From contig VRVR01000028.1 of the NCBI GenBank assembly GCA_009859145.1, positions 222,438 to 286,437 on the forward strand: a stretch of 64,000 nt of DNA, given 5' to 3'. Position 1 is the stretch's first letter, and each line of letters begins with the position of its first letter. Under the pieces are notes generated by a model that saw only the letters and a program-made list of their open reading frames with translations, ran no database searches and was not told where the DNA came from. Source of the DNA: Andalucia godoyi And28 (Eukaryota; Protista; Jakobida). This document shows positions 19,151-30,224 of the stretch, one piece after another. A program made the position numbers and the translations under genes.

Positions 19151-21418
19151 ATGGCCAGCGAAACATCAAATCTTTTGCAATCTCCTGGGTATGGATCCGC
19201 GACGAGTGGCGAGTCTGTGGAGTCTAATGCGTGGTATCATTTGATGTATCACCATATCCGTCAAGGGTCTGCAGATTCAGACTCTTCTCATTCTCCGTCG
19301 GCAACTCGTGCGGATGCGGATGCGGCGGTGCTGCTAGGAGAGCCGGATGCGTCCGTTATTGAAACAAGAGAAATTTCAGCATGGGAGTTTCCTGGGTACG
19401 GAGAAGAAATGGGGATTTCCTTCGCGGAGCCTGTAACGAATAGCGGAAGTGTGCCGGATGACGGTCATGGAAGCCCGACGTCGATCAACGGCTCTCTTGC
19501 AGGTGCCGGAGGTGTCGGGATTGCGGCCTACCAAACAAGAACAGCACACGGACAGCGGAATGAAAACAGCGGAATCAAGGTGGAGCCCGTGTCCAACAAG
19601 CCGCACACGAAACTTGGACAGCTGCTGTCTACGGCGATCTGCGGGAACGACATTACTGCGTCGTGCTTGTATTGCGCTGGGTTCTGTGCTCTATCTGCCG
19701 GAGTGTGGGCACCCGTGTCGCTCGGTCTGGTAGCCGCACTGTTGTATCTGTTCCGCTCCGTGTACGGAGAAGTTGGTACTGCATTGCCGTTGAATGGTGG
19801 CACATACACGTGCTTGTTGAACACGACAAGCAAGGCAGTTGCATCGGTTGCGGGAGCGCTGTCGTTTCTGTCGTATGCTGCTACGAGTGTTGTGTCGGCG
19901 GCGTCTGCCATTGAATACGGCCAGAACGTCTGGGGTGACTGCAACGGAACTCTGTGGACCATTGTTCTGCTCGCTGCATTTTGCATTTTGAACTTGCTGG
20001 GTATCACAGAGTCTGCAGTCGTTGCTGCGATCATCTTTGTGGTGCACATGATTGTCATGCTTACTCTTTTTGGATTTGGAGGGTATGCCTTCTTTCGAGA
20101 TTTGGATCAGCTGCAGGAGAATTGGCATGCGTCCAACGCCGTGCCTGGGAACAAGAACTTTGGATTGGCAATTCTGATTGGCTTCGGTTCGGCAATGCTG
20201 GGAATTACTGGTTTCGAAACCTCTGCGAATTTCATTGAAGAACAGAAACCGGGTGTGTTTCCAAAGACTCTTCGGAACATGTGGATCGCCGTGACTTTGT
20301 TCAATCCGTTCCTGTCGTTGTTTGCATCCGGTGTGCTGAGCAATCAAGAAATATATGATCACTCCAACGACCTTCTTGCGCAACTTGGACTGAAATCTGC
20401 TGGCAGCTGGCTGCATTTTGCCGTGTCGCTTGATGCATTTCTGGTCTTGTCTGGTTCTGTTCTGACTGGTTTTGTCGGTGTCGTCGGATTGCTTGCACGG
20501 CTTTCTCTGGACCGCTGCTTGCCCAATGTGCTGCTGTCCAAGAATCGCTTCACCAAAACGCACCATGTGATCATCATTGGTTTCTTTGCCACGTGTGTAT
20601 CGCTGATTTTTCTGGTCGGCGGAATTGAGAATCTTGATATCTTGGAAGGGGTGTACACGATGGCTTTTTTGTCTGTCATGGCATTGTTTGCGATAGGAAA
20701 CATGCTTATGAAGTACAAGCGTGCCAAACTGCCGCGTGCGATTCGCGCAAGCTGGCCTACTGCCGTGTTTGCGCTGCTTGGTGTGCTGATTGCATTGAGC
20801 GTGAATGTGTGGCAGAATCCCGATTGGGTCTATTATTTTGCGCTGTACTTCTTTGTGACACTGCTGATTCTGTTTGCCATGTTCCAGCGCGTGCGGCTCG
20901 TGAAGTTCTTCATGTATTTTTCGTCTCTGTTTCTTCGCTTCCTGAGAAAACGGGGCTGTCTCAAGGTTCGTGACGGTGAAGACGCATCCGAGCTCGAAAT
21001 GAGATGGAAGAAACGTGTCGGTCGGTACATGAAGAAGCTCACGGATCAGCGCATTGTGTTTTTCACTCGGCAAGGAAGGCTTCCGTCGCTCAACAAGGCT
21101 GTTTTGTACGTCCGGGAGAACGAACAGTCGCACCACATCATCATATGCCACATGTATACGGGCGATGAAAATGAAGTCGCCAACAAGAAGCAGCTGGATC
21201 GGATTCGAAGAAGCATTTCCGTGTTGGATGAATGCTATCCAAAGTTGCGAATTGATCTTTTGTTTGTGAAGGCCCGGTTTTCTCCGGAGAACGTCGAGCG
21301 TTTGTCGAGATCATTGAACATTCCCAAGAACTTTATGTTCATTGCGTGTCCCAGCGACAAGAGCTTGGAGGAAATCCGCATCGCAGATTTTGGCGGCGTG
21401 CGCATGATCACGCATTAG
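19151..21418 (+). CDS. APC-superfamily amino acid permease with a C-terminal cytoplasmic domain
   Basis: STAICGNDITASCLY, ALPLNGGTY, GITGFETSANFIEEQ and about 12 TM helices. First ATG in frame is 19151. Confidence 0.9.
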   Translation: MASETSNLLQSPGYGSATSGESVESNAWYHLMYHHIRQGSADSDSSHSPSATRADADAAVLLGEPDASVIETREISAWEFPGYGEEMGISFAEPVTNSGSVPDDGHGSPTSINGSLAGAGGVGIAAYQTRTAHGQRNENSGIKVEPVSNKPHTKLGQLLSTAICGNDITASCLYCAGFCALSAGVWAPVSLGLVAALLYLFRSVYGEVGTALPLNGGTYTCLLNTTSKAVASVAGALSFLSYAATSVVSAASAIEYGQNVWGDCNGTLWTIVLLAAFCILNLLGITESAVVAAIIFVVHMIVMLTLFGFGGYAFFRDLDQLQENWHASNAVPGNKNFGLAILIGFGSAMLGITGFETSANFIEEQKPGVFPKTLRNMWIAVTLFNPFLSLFASGVLSNQEIYDHSNDLLAQLGLKSAGSWLHFAVSLDAFLVLSGSVLTGFVGVVGLLARLSLDRCLPNVLLSKNRFTKTHHVIIIGFFATCVSLIFLVGGIENLDILEGVYTMAFLSVMALFAIGNMLMKYKRAKLPRAIRASWPTAVFALLGVLIALSVNVWQNPDWVYYFALYFFVTLLILFAMFQRVRLVKFFMYFSSLFLRFLRKRGCLKVRDGEDASELEMRWKKRVGRYMKKLTDQRIVFFTRQGRLPSLNKAVLYVRENEQSHHIIICHMYTGDENEVANKKQLDRIRRSISVLDECYPKLRIDLLFVKARFSPENVERLSRSLNIPKNFMFIACPSDKSLEEIRIADFGGVRMITH

Positions 21419-21809
21419 AAAAGCCAAGGCCTGTTGCGACTCACTTTGTTGTCTGTCGTCCTCGTCCATCAGCCCGTCCTGTCTTTCCTCAGTTTTGCAG
21501 TGCTCGCCCCTCACAGCCAGCATCACATGGCGAATGCCAGTTCCCAGTACTTGCTTGGACACCACCAGTATTGGGGTTGGTGCTATTTTTATATTTTATA
21601 TTTTCTTTTTGCAACTTTGTACAACAGCGTTCTGCGCAAGGGGGGGTTTTCAAACATAAAGTTATTTAGACAAACCTACGATGTGTCGTCGTTGCTGTGG
21701 CGTTCCGTGACAGATGGCTGTCGGAAATCCAGTGCTTGCAAGATTCCTTTGGGCAGCATGGTACCAGGTGTAAGATGTGTTTTACAACTTGTCTTTCTCG
21801 CTGCAGAGA

Positions 21810-22907
21810 CTAGAAAATTACAGTATCAATCATTGCACCAAGGGATTGCACAATGTTCTCCGTCATCGTTTCCTCGATTCCTGAAATCAGGTGCCTCTTT
21901 GGATCCATCTTTCCGACTTGGCGCAACAGCAACATGTTATCCGCTTCTTCCTTGTCTTTCTTTTCCTTTTCCTTTCCGCTGACAGCAGCACCATCCTTGC
22001 CATGTCCCTTTTCAGTATCCTTCTCCTTCTCCTTCTCCTTCTCCTTCTCCTTCTCCTTCTCCTTGATCTTTTCTGCATTGGACTTCTTTCCCTTCTTTCC
22101 CTTCTCATGAGGACCGGAGCCGGAGAGCATGTCCTTCTCTTCGAGAACCATCTTGTGGTACGCTCTGGCGAGCTCGAGCATTTGTGCAACCTGTTTCTCG
22201 TTGAATGATTCCATGTCACCGAATGGCCGAAGCTGCAATCCGTGCGTCCACTGTCTGCGATTGAGATTCAAGAGCATCTTTTGCTCGAGTTCGTTCTTGC
22301 GGTACGCGATTGGCATGGAATAGTAGTGTCTGTTGAGGCCTCGGATCAAAGCCTGGATGGACGGTTTGTTCAAGTGCCCAACGTTTGATGTGGTCTGCCG
22401 GGGCTCTGCTCCAGCAATCAGAATCTGCTGAGGAATCGTCCGGAACGCATCAATGACAACCTTTCCACGAACTGACTGGATGGGATCCACGACGACCGCC
22501 ACCGATCGAGCATGCAGCTGCTCAAACGATTGCTGTGTGTTCACATCAACTCCAGACAGCCAGCATCCAAACCCAGGATGGGAGTGGTACCACCCGACCA
22601 CCATTTCATTGCGGCCAGTCTGCTTCAGCATGTCAAGCATCTTGGCTTGGAACACCGGATCGACCGCCTCGACACTCACTCCTGTTCCGCTCTGCGGCAT
22701 CGCAAACACATCAATTACACGAACCGTGTATTCATCCACAAAGTCGCCAAGCATAAGCCCCATCACTTCCAGCGGAACCCCGGCGCGACTGTGCTTCAGC
22801 ATCTTCAACAGCGCAAGCGACGAGATCTGCACAACTTCAGCTGTATCTGTCGCAGGACCCTCTCCACGGCCCTGCATCCCAAGCAATCGACGAATCATGC
22901 CGTCCAT
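21810..22907 (-). CDS. RPN11: 26S proteasome deubiquitinase RPN11/PSMD14 with a Lys/Glu-rich insertion
   Basis: [15 protein letters not shown] motif [17 protein letters not shown], and C-terminal [10 protein letters not shown]. Confidence 0.98.
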   Translation of the reverse strand: MDGMIRRLLGMQGRGEGPATDTAEVVQISSLALLKMLKHSRAGVPLEVMGLMLGDFVDEYTVRVIDVFAMPQSGTGVSVEAVDPVFQAKMLDMLKQTGRNEMVVGWYHSHPGFGCWLSGVDVNTQQSFEQLHARSVAVVVDPIQSVRGKVVIDAFRTIPQQILIAGAEPRQTTSNVGHLNKPSIQALIRGLNRHYYSMPIAYRKNELEQKMLLNLNRRQWTHGLQLRPFGDMESFNEKQVAQMLELARAYHKMVLEEKDMLSGSGPHEKGKKGKKSNAEKIKEKEKEKEKEKEKEKDTEKGHGKDGAAVSGKEKEKKDKEEADNMLLLRQVGKMDPKRHLISGIEETMTENIVQSLGAMIDTVIF

Positions 22908-23209
22908 TTTCTAACCCTCTTTCTTTTTTTTTTAATTAAAAAGATGAAGAAGAAAAGCGTTAGGCACAGCCAATCCAAACTTTCTTAGTCCCTACTCAAG
23001 CCTAAATGACCGGAATTAAATAGGAAAATTATCAGCAAACAGTTTTTTTAATTAAAAAAACGTACATTATTCGAACTAAAGACTTTGGGAAACGGGATGA
23101 TTAGCAACAGGAGAAAGGTCGAGTCAAGTCGAGAAGTTCAAGTCAGAGACGAATGTTTTTTACAGTAGATACTTGTGCTGGGTTTTTTAATATGATGTCT
23201 TTTATACAA

Positions 23210-23392
23210 CGCCTGCATTGTACACTAGCCACGGATAATCATCGCTGATCACCCGTAATCAATGTTGCAACCCAACATGCATAGCATGATTGGGAAGGGG
23301 GTAGGCCCCAACACGCCCCTCGGCATGAGAGATGTCATAGGTCTTGCGCAGCGTTGCGGGGCGCGACATGCATGGTGCGTTGCATGGACAGT
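23210..23392 (-). mobile_element. Dispersed structured repeat family 1, diverged short member (copy 4)
   Basis: The minus strand ends AGTGTACAATGCAGGCG (versus AGTGTATAATGTAGGCG in the other copies) and contains GCCGAGGGGCGTGTTGGGGCCTACCCCCTTCCC, matching the right module. A CATGCA-N8-TGCATG hairpin (23367-23386) resembles the left-end hairpin. The left boundary is uncertain. Confidence 0.55.
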
Positions 23393-23704
23393 AAAAATAA
23401 AAATAATGAAATGAAATGAGCATCGTTGTGCGAGAATGCAATGCGGCGGCGTATTCATAGGGACTTCATGATCAAAATGGGGCGAAACGAATCGGGCATT
23501 GTGTGACGGAGTTGCTTAAGATACCAAACGCATGCGCACGGCGCGTGGCAGTGTTTTTTTTTTTGTTTTTTGTTTTTACGTGCGCTTTAGACTGCTTCGT
23601 CATATCGCAATAAGTGGCAACGGCAGATGGATGTAACGGATTTGATATCGGGAGGACACACGGGGCATGAGTGATACAGGACGAAAAACGGGAGCAAAGA
23701 ATTG

Positions 23705-24307
23705 CTAGTGGATCTCGAGGCGACAAACTGGACATGTTTTGTGGTCTTCGAACCATCGAAAGAGACATTCCTTATGAAACGAGTGTCCGCAGACCAAGTC
23801 GCAGACCATCTGTCCAACCGCCAATGACTCGAAACACACCGTACATGGCGACCCACTGTTTCCACTACGGCTATCACTAATTCTCGCACGTGTCTGGGAG
23901 GAGCAGACGACTCGAGTTGGAATCCTGCGTTTTGCGTCGTCCGAGAGACCCACCCGGACGTTATGCCGATCGAGTTCCAACAGCGACTCATACGTCCCCT
24001 CAACTCCTCCGTCACCGTTACCGTTACCGGCACTGCCACGCATGACGACATGTGGTCGTAACGCCCAACTTGGTCGCCGTCGAGCGTTTGGCTCCTCCAA
24101 CATCATGCTGGCCAGTCCGAAATACCTCGCAGGGACAAAGTGATCACCGTAGTCATCATCATCCCCAGTACGGTCAATACTCGCTGGGACACGGAGCATT
24201 GGTCTGTGAACTGACGCCATGTCTCGGCAGTCCATTGCGTGCGCGACATACTCTTGCATGCGACCCAGAGACATTCTCTCCAAATCACGCATCGATGCTC
24301 GCGACAT
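23705..24307 (-). CDS. RING-H2 E3 ubiquitin ligase
   Basis: C-terminal CTVC-x14-CGHSFHKEC-x10-CPVC, preceded by the TYESLLEL motif seen in RNF38/44-like proteins. Confidence 0.85.
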   Translation of the reverse strand: MSRASMRDLERMSLGRMQEYVAHAMDCRDMASVHRPMLRVPASIDRTGDDDDYGDHFVPARYFGLASMMLEEPNARRRPSWALRPHVVMRGSAGNGNGDGGVEGTYESLLELDRHNVRVGLSDDAKRRIPTRVVCSSQTRARISDSRSGNSGSPCTVCFESLAVGQMVCDLVCGHSFHKECLFRWFEDHKTCPVCRLEIH

Positions 24308-24321
24308 TTGCCATTCCTACG

Positions 24322-24359
<38 letters not shown>

Positions 24360-24758
24360 AACAATGTGTTAATACTCAGTAATCATGAATGGGAAACTGC
24401 GTTGCTTACAAATCTTCTGTTACTATTATTATTATTATATTATAGATATGTATGATGCTCTTTTGTGTTGGCTGTTTCAAAGACTCGCCGTCACATACGT
24501 CACGCTGATTGCAAAGACAAAGCATTGTGCTTGATGCTTCGGAGAGCCCCGATTGATGCTTTGCAAAAAACATTTTTCTCTTTAATTTCCAAGAAAGTCC
24601 GAATAGTCCGACTCCGTTCCCAGTCTTTTGTTTTTCGATGATTGGTGTTATTGTTATTCATACCATTGTAATTGTGGTTGTTTTACTACTTGAAAAAATA
24701 GATCAGGCTAGTCAAGGAAGAAGGAGAGAAGGAAAACCTCGAGGATAAAAAAAGGAAG

Positions 24759-25073
24759 ATGTCGTCTGTCGCACGACGCACGACTCGGAGTTCTCGCCGG
24801 ACTGCTGATGGCGATGCAGCAGCTGCAGCTCCTGATTCTCCGTCGGTGAATTCGCAGACTGTAGGGACATCAACAGCGTCTCGCAAGACCCCTATTCCCT
24901 CGCATCTTCTTGACAAGCGATCCTCGCTTCAGAACAGCTCCAGCGATGATTATGCTGGCTCTTCAGCCTCTGACGATGACGACTTGACGCCTGCCAAGAC
25001 GATCTCTCAGTCTTTTAGTCACGCTGCGACGACGACGACAAGCGCCACACCAAGATCATCGACTTCTTCTTCT

Positions 25074-25110
<37 letters not shown>

Positions 25111-26342
25111 TTCTTGTCGGTGGGTCTGGGTCTGGGTCTGGGTCGGCCACGGGTAGAGGTGAGTCGGGTGGGAATGGATTGACGGCAGCAAGTGCATCGC
25201 TGACAGGCGCAAATGGGTCGGGCAACACGGCTGCTGCACCAAGTGTGTTGCTCAAGGATTCTCCGGAGCGTTGGAAAAACTTTGTGGTTCGGACTGTGTG
25301 GACGTTGCTCATGATTTCTGGATTTGCAGTCATTCTGTTCATGGGGCACTTGTCCGTCATCTTGTTTGTGCTTGCCTTGCAGGCGCAGATGTTCCGCGAA
25401 ATTGTGCGAATCAATGTCTCGCGTGCATACTCGAGAGAGATCCCTGGCCATCGAAGGTTTACGGGCACAAAGGCACTTTCTAATCTGAATTACTTCTTCC
25501 TGTTCTGCACACTGTTTTTCGTGTACGGAAAGATGTTTTTGGCGAAGATTCCGCAGGCGCGCGGGATTTTGGAACACCATCAGTTCTACTCATTCATGCT
25601 GTTTTGCGCTGGATTTGTGGCATTTGTGATGTCGCTCCAGAGGAACAAGCTGAAGAAGCAGTTCCATCAGTTTGGATTGATGATTCTTTCGCTTCTGTTC
25701 ATTGTGGTCTTGTCGTCTGCCGTCGTGCAGAACGTGATGGAAGGCCTGTTTTGGTTTGTCTTTCCTGCGCTGCTTATCATTGCAAATGACATTACCGCAT
25801 ACCTGTTTGGTTTCTTCTTCGGAAAGACCCCGCTGATCGCACTATCGCCCAAGAAGACCTGGGAAGGATTTATTGGCGCAACAGTATCGACCATCTTTTT
25901 GGCATTTATCTGTGCTGAGCCGATTGGGTCCGTGAACTTCCTCCAGTGCAGTCACACAGATATTTTTGCACCATCAAACGACTGCTCGAGCCGCAACCCA
26001 ATCTTTGATTCGGACACGCTGAAGTGGCACATGATGGTTCTCGGAGCATTTGCCGCGACAATCGCACCATTCGGCGGCTTCTTTGCATCTGGATTCAAGC
26101 GTGCATTTGCAATCAAGGACTTTGGCGATGCTATTCCGGGACACGGTGGAATCACAGACCGTATGGACTGCCAGACGCTGATGGCAATGTTTGTGTACGT
26201 GTACTACCGTAACTTTTTGGCGGTGAAGACACCCCCTTCGCCCTATTGGATCATGCACAAAGTTCAGGAAATGCCTATTGCAAGCCAGCTGGATCTCTTC
26301 AACATGTTGCATGATCATCTTCGTTCGATGAATGCTTTGTAA
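24759..26342 (+). CDS. CDS1: Phosphatidate cytidylyltransferase (CDP-diacylglycerol synthase)
   Basis: LSPKKTWEGF and SGFKRAFAIKDFGDAIPGHGGITDRMDCQ signatures, multiple TM helices and a long low-complexity N-terminus. Confidence 0.97.
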
Positions 26343-26789
26343 TATTACTCGTCCGTTGTCTCTATCCTCCCGTGCATTCTTTTTCAATCAGCATCCTGTT
26401 ATTCTTATTTTTTGGAAGAACAGCACATTAAAAAGAACAACGAAAACGTATGGCACACAGAAGCAGGGAAGACCGATCCAGCGAATACCACTCCAGTCTG
26501 CATTAGCACTCGAATCTGTATTCTACGAGGCCTGGTGTCTTTTTTTCTTTATATACAAGTGGACGAAAGGTCCGTGATCGAAGAACTTTTTTGGAGTTTC
26601 CCGGAGACTCTACAGCGCAAGATGGCTGTTGTGCTCTGTTTTGCGAGCCTGCAGGTGGATGGCGGCAATCCCTTGATTAAAAAATACAAGAAGATTAACT
26701 AATTAATTAACTAATAATAAAAATAATAGTGGAATAAGAGATCAGAAGTGTCTGCAGAAAGGTGCGCAAGACCCGGAAACAATAAGCGT

Positions 26790-29414
26790 TCACGAGTCCG
26801 ACGACTTTTCAAATGGCACAAGAGGTCGCCATTCTTCCTCGAATTGGCCCCATCGCTGGGCTTCGCGCTTCAGGAACTCAATGTCTCGCCGGATACGGTC
26901 ACCAAGCTTTTTCTGCGAACTGCGACCAAACGCATTCTCTTGGTTCTGAAAGGCCTGAGTCAGTAATCTTCCGTACAAATCCGCAAAACGCTTCGAATAC
27001 AACTGCACGACAGTCGACATGAGAATGTGCACATATGATGACGTCATGATGGGAGAAACTACCTTGTAAAGAGTGTGCGTCTCCTTGACAATCGACCGAA
27101 TGTACACAGCTCCTTCTTCAGGCGCGTTATCCATAAGAAGAGTGTCTGCGGTCTTCACTTGCAAATCGAGCCGATCTCGCATGATGGAGACAATCTTTCG
27201 CAGCAGCTCCTTGCGGTGCTCACCAAAATCCCGGACTGCGGAGTCCACATCACGAAGAAAAAGTCCTTCTTTCGGACCGACAAACGAACGAATGTACGAA
27301 ACGAGCTTAGGGCAAAAATCGATCATGAATGTAATGTTCTCGGCGGACAACGCAATGTGCTTCACTGTGATGGACTTCAATCCCGCGCCTTGCATGGCGC
27401 CAGTGCCAAGGATCATCTGACAGGTTTTCGTATTGTAGAGCTTCAGCAACTCACCAAGTTTTTGGATGGCATCGACTTGGATAACGGCCGGGAATTTCCG
27501 GATCAGATCACAGTATTCGCGCACCATCTTCAGAAGCATCAAGAGAACGGACGTCATCGGGCGCTTCTCACCTCCCCACTCGAGATACTTTGTATTGCCA
27601 CCCGTGGCAGCGCTTCCTCCACTGGGGGCACCCGCAGATGGCAGCGGGGCACCCTCCTTTCTGCTTGCAAGCGCATCGGAAGAGTGCGGAGCTCCCGATT
27701 CTGCTGCGTCAACTGATGCAGATGCAGAGGTAGACGTAGAGGTCGTTGGAGGCGGAGCAGCAAACATGGCAAGCAGATCTCGGAATTCAGAAGGGATCTC
27801 AGTAAGTGTCCAAAGTTCGTTTTCGATAAGCAGTGAGAGATCGGCCATTCGTTTGGAATGGAAGGTGTCCGTAAAGGCCCTCATCTGCGCCAACAAGACA
27901 TTTCCGACAATCTGCTTGGGAAGAGAAAGGGATTTCTCGGAAGACATCAGAATGACACCCGAAGAATCCGCGTCTCGGGTCATCAGCGAAACAACACGCT
28001 GATTGAAGTCCTCGACAGTTTTCAGGAGCTTCAGCCAGACTGCAAGAGCCATTCGCGCATGAGCTTCCTGCCTTCTTGATAACATTGACGCAAGTTGCTC
28101 GTAGGCTTCCTGAATGATGCGCTGCGATGCATCCGAAACAGACTTGTTGAACCAAGTATTCAGCTCGTCTTCGGATGAATCTGACGACATGAGGAACTTG
28201 AACGATCGCACAACCGTTCGAAACCGATCGAGCACGCCGACAACTACTTCTGTCGCAGAGCTGAATACAAACTCGAATTGGTCCCATGTGAACGATGCAA
28301 TGTCCGTTTTGGAAGCAGATGTCGAACTGTCCGATACCACCAAACAGGCGCAGTCTGCAACAGCCTTTCGAAACGAAAATTCTAGGCGGTCTGTGTGTGC
28401 CTGGAAAATGCGGGCAACCAACGCCATAAAGTCTGAGGAGTTTGCAAACAGGACAGCAAACAAGGACGGATCAATTTCTTCGTCTGCTGCCTTCTCGCTC
28501 GAGTAGATGCGATAGCAGTCCTCCACAACGTCCTTATACATCTTTTGCCGCAGCACTCGCAAACTGCTCAGTAACATTTTTGAGATCTCCAATTGAGACA
28601 ATTCTTCTCTCAATACCAACATCGAATGCTCAATCATGTCAAATGCAGACAAGTAGTCTTTTCGCGAATACAGGTACGTCACCGTCTTCATTGCATCGTG
28701 AATCGCAGAGAGCTTGGAGAGCAAGCCATGGATAGAGTACAGAACATCGCGCTTTCTCCGAAGGTGCAGAACAAGCATCATCTGCTCGACATGATTGGTA
28801 TGCAAGCTTTCGAGTGACGCACGCATGTCCTTGATAACATCCGAGATTGAGTTGACGAGGCCAAGAAGGTCCCGATAGAGTGCCGCTGCTTGGTAGAACT
28901 CGTCTGCCTTCAGCGACACGTGTCTGGCCAGCACGACTTCCACTTGATCCAGATAGTACGACAGCACCTCTGCAGACTGGACAGCCAAGTTTGAAAAGAC
29001 CCGTTCCGATGACAAGTCTATGATCGGCGCAAAATACTCTGCAGGAACAATTTCGTGAATCTTCCTCGCCATTTCGTCTACTTGAGGATTTTCATAATGT
29101 GACTTAAGGCGCTTGAACTCCTCAACATGCCTCTTGAACCGATCGTACGAATCGCCCAACCGCGTCAAGTATGAATGAAATGCAGTGATATCAATCGCAC
29201 GAGCCAGATCGGGCTGCTTCGCAGCCCTTGAATCCACAGCGGAAGAAGAACCAACAGAACCACCGTATTCGGTCCAAATATCCGTGATGAACTCCTCGAG
29301 CGAGAATGTCGAAGGAGGCGTCATTGCATCCACTGTCGCCGTCAAGCTGAACGAGCGCTTCGCAAACGACGTAAAGGACATCCAAGGCTCCGGCGCCAAC
29401 GGTCGATTCGCCAT
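26790..29414 (-). CDS. VPS54: GARP complex subunit VPS54
   Basis: LSYYLDQVEVVLARHVSLKADEFY, LIENELW, and the Vps54 domain YNTKTCQMILGTGAMQGAGLKSITVKHIALSAE. Confidence 0.93.
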   Translation of the reverse strand: MANRPLAPEPWMSFTSFAKRSFSLTATVDAMTPPSTFSLEEFITDIWTEYGGSVGSSSAVDSRAAKQPDLARAIDITAFHSYLTRLGDSYDRFKRHVEEFKRLKSHYENPQVDEMARKIHEIVPAEYFAPIIDLSSERVFSNLAVQSAEVLSYYLDQVEVVLARHVSLKADEFYQAAALYRDLLGLVNSISDVIKDMRASLESLHTNHVEQMMLVLHLRRKRDVLYSIHGLLSKLSAIHDAMKTVTYLYSRKDYLSAFDMIEHSMLVLREELSQLEISKMLLSSLRVLRQKMYKDVVEDCYRIYSSEKAADEEIDPSLFAVLFANSSDFMALVARIFQAHTDRLEFSFRKAVADCACLVVSDSSTSASKTDIASFTWDQFEFVFSSATEVVVGVLDRFRTVVRSFKFLMSSDSSEDELNTWFNKSVSDASQRIIQEAYEQLASMLSRRQEAHARMALAVWLKLLKTVEDFNQRVVSLMTRDADSSGVILMSSEKSLSLPKQIVGNVLLAQMRAFTDTFHSKRMADLSLLIENELWTLTEIPSEFRDLLAMFAAPPPTTSTSTSASASVDAAESGAPHSSDALASRKEGAPLPSAGAPSGGSAATGGNTKYLEWGGEKRPMTSVLLMLLKMVREYCDLIRKFPAVIQVDAIQKLGELLKLYNTKTCQMILGTGAMQGAGLKSITVKHIALSAENITFMIDFCPKLVSYIRSFVGPKEGLFLRDVDSAVRDFGEHRKELLRKIVSIMRDRLDLQVKTADTLLMDNAPEEGAVYIRSIVKETHTLYKVVSPIMTSSYVHILMSTVVQLYSKRFADLYGRLLTQAFQNQENAFGRSSQKKLGDRIRRDIEFLKREAQRWGQFEEEWRPLVPFEKSSDS

Positions 29415-29733
29415 CCCTTCCTTCTTTCCTTCCCCCGTTTGGATCGCAGCGAGGTCAACCTGTCGTAGTCTCCGGTCTTCTGCTTCCGTCGCTGCGCTTC
29501 AGAAGAAGCACCGACTCTCAAGACAGGACAAAGACAAGAATCACGATTGCGCAACGTTTGGTTATGATCGTATTTTCCTGCTTTTTTTTTAAAAAAAGAT
29601 CAAATTGAATGACACTCATTAATTAATTCATATTACTATTTCGAATTAAAAAATCATTAATTGTTCAGTTCAAGTTTTCCTTTTTTCCTTTAGGGTTTTT
29701 TTGGTCATTTGAGGCTGGGAGGCTATGCAGCCG

Positions 29734-30195
29734 CTGAATAATAACACGTCATTGTCATGCATGCGGATGGAAGTATACATAAGCAGACATGGTCGACACT
29801 GGCCGACGCTAGCACGTTTGTTTCACACGAATTCGTGCTTACGCACGCTCGGCCAAAATTCAGCCGGTGACACAGGCTCCGCATTTTCGACGCTCTTTAA
29901 CGCAGCATCCGTAGCCATCTATCATTCTATCATTCGTTGGTCCGGTTTTTTGGTTTCACTTTTTGCAGCGTTTGTTCCATAAGGCGACCGAGTATCGCGA
30001 GCGGCGCAAGCAAAGTATTTGCACGTCCCGCGTATAGCTCACAGATTGATCGAGATTGGGAACGGAGCGCGGAACATCTATCTGAAGAACGCAGAGAGGT
30101 GTGTTGGGGGGCCTATCCCCTTCCCGGCAGCGGGATGCAAGATTGAATATGCATGTCTCTTCGTAGTTATGCATACTCAGTGTATAATGTAGGCG
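29734..30195 (+). mobile_element. Dispersed structured repeat family 1, copy 2
   Basis: About 29734-29940 matches 10632-10840 closely, and the last roughly 170 bp match the end of copy 1. About 95 bp of the interior is unique. Confidence 0.65.
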
Positions 30196-30224
30196 AGCAT
30201 GTGGTTTTATGATTATGATTATTT

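Noticed and set aside
17700-24545. Shared 14-mer CTTGATGCTTCGGA in two divergent promoters (about 17702 and 24530)
   Set aside because: A single 14-nt match is expected by chance in this amount of intergenic DNA and is not seen in the other divergent promoters.
26560-26585. GGAC-GAAA-G-GTCC-GTGA resembling permuted hammerhead stem II
   Set aside because: There is no CUGANGA core nearby; it is a simple short hairpin.
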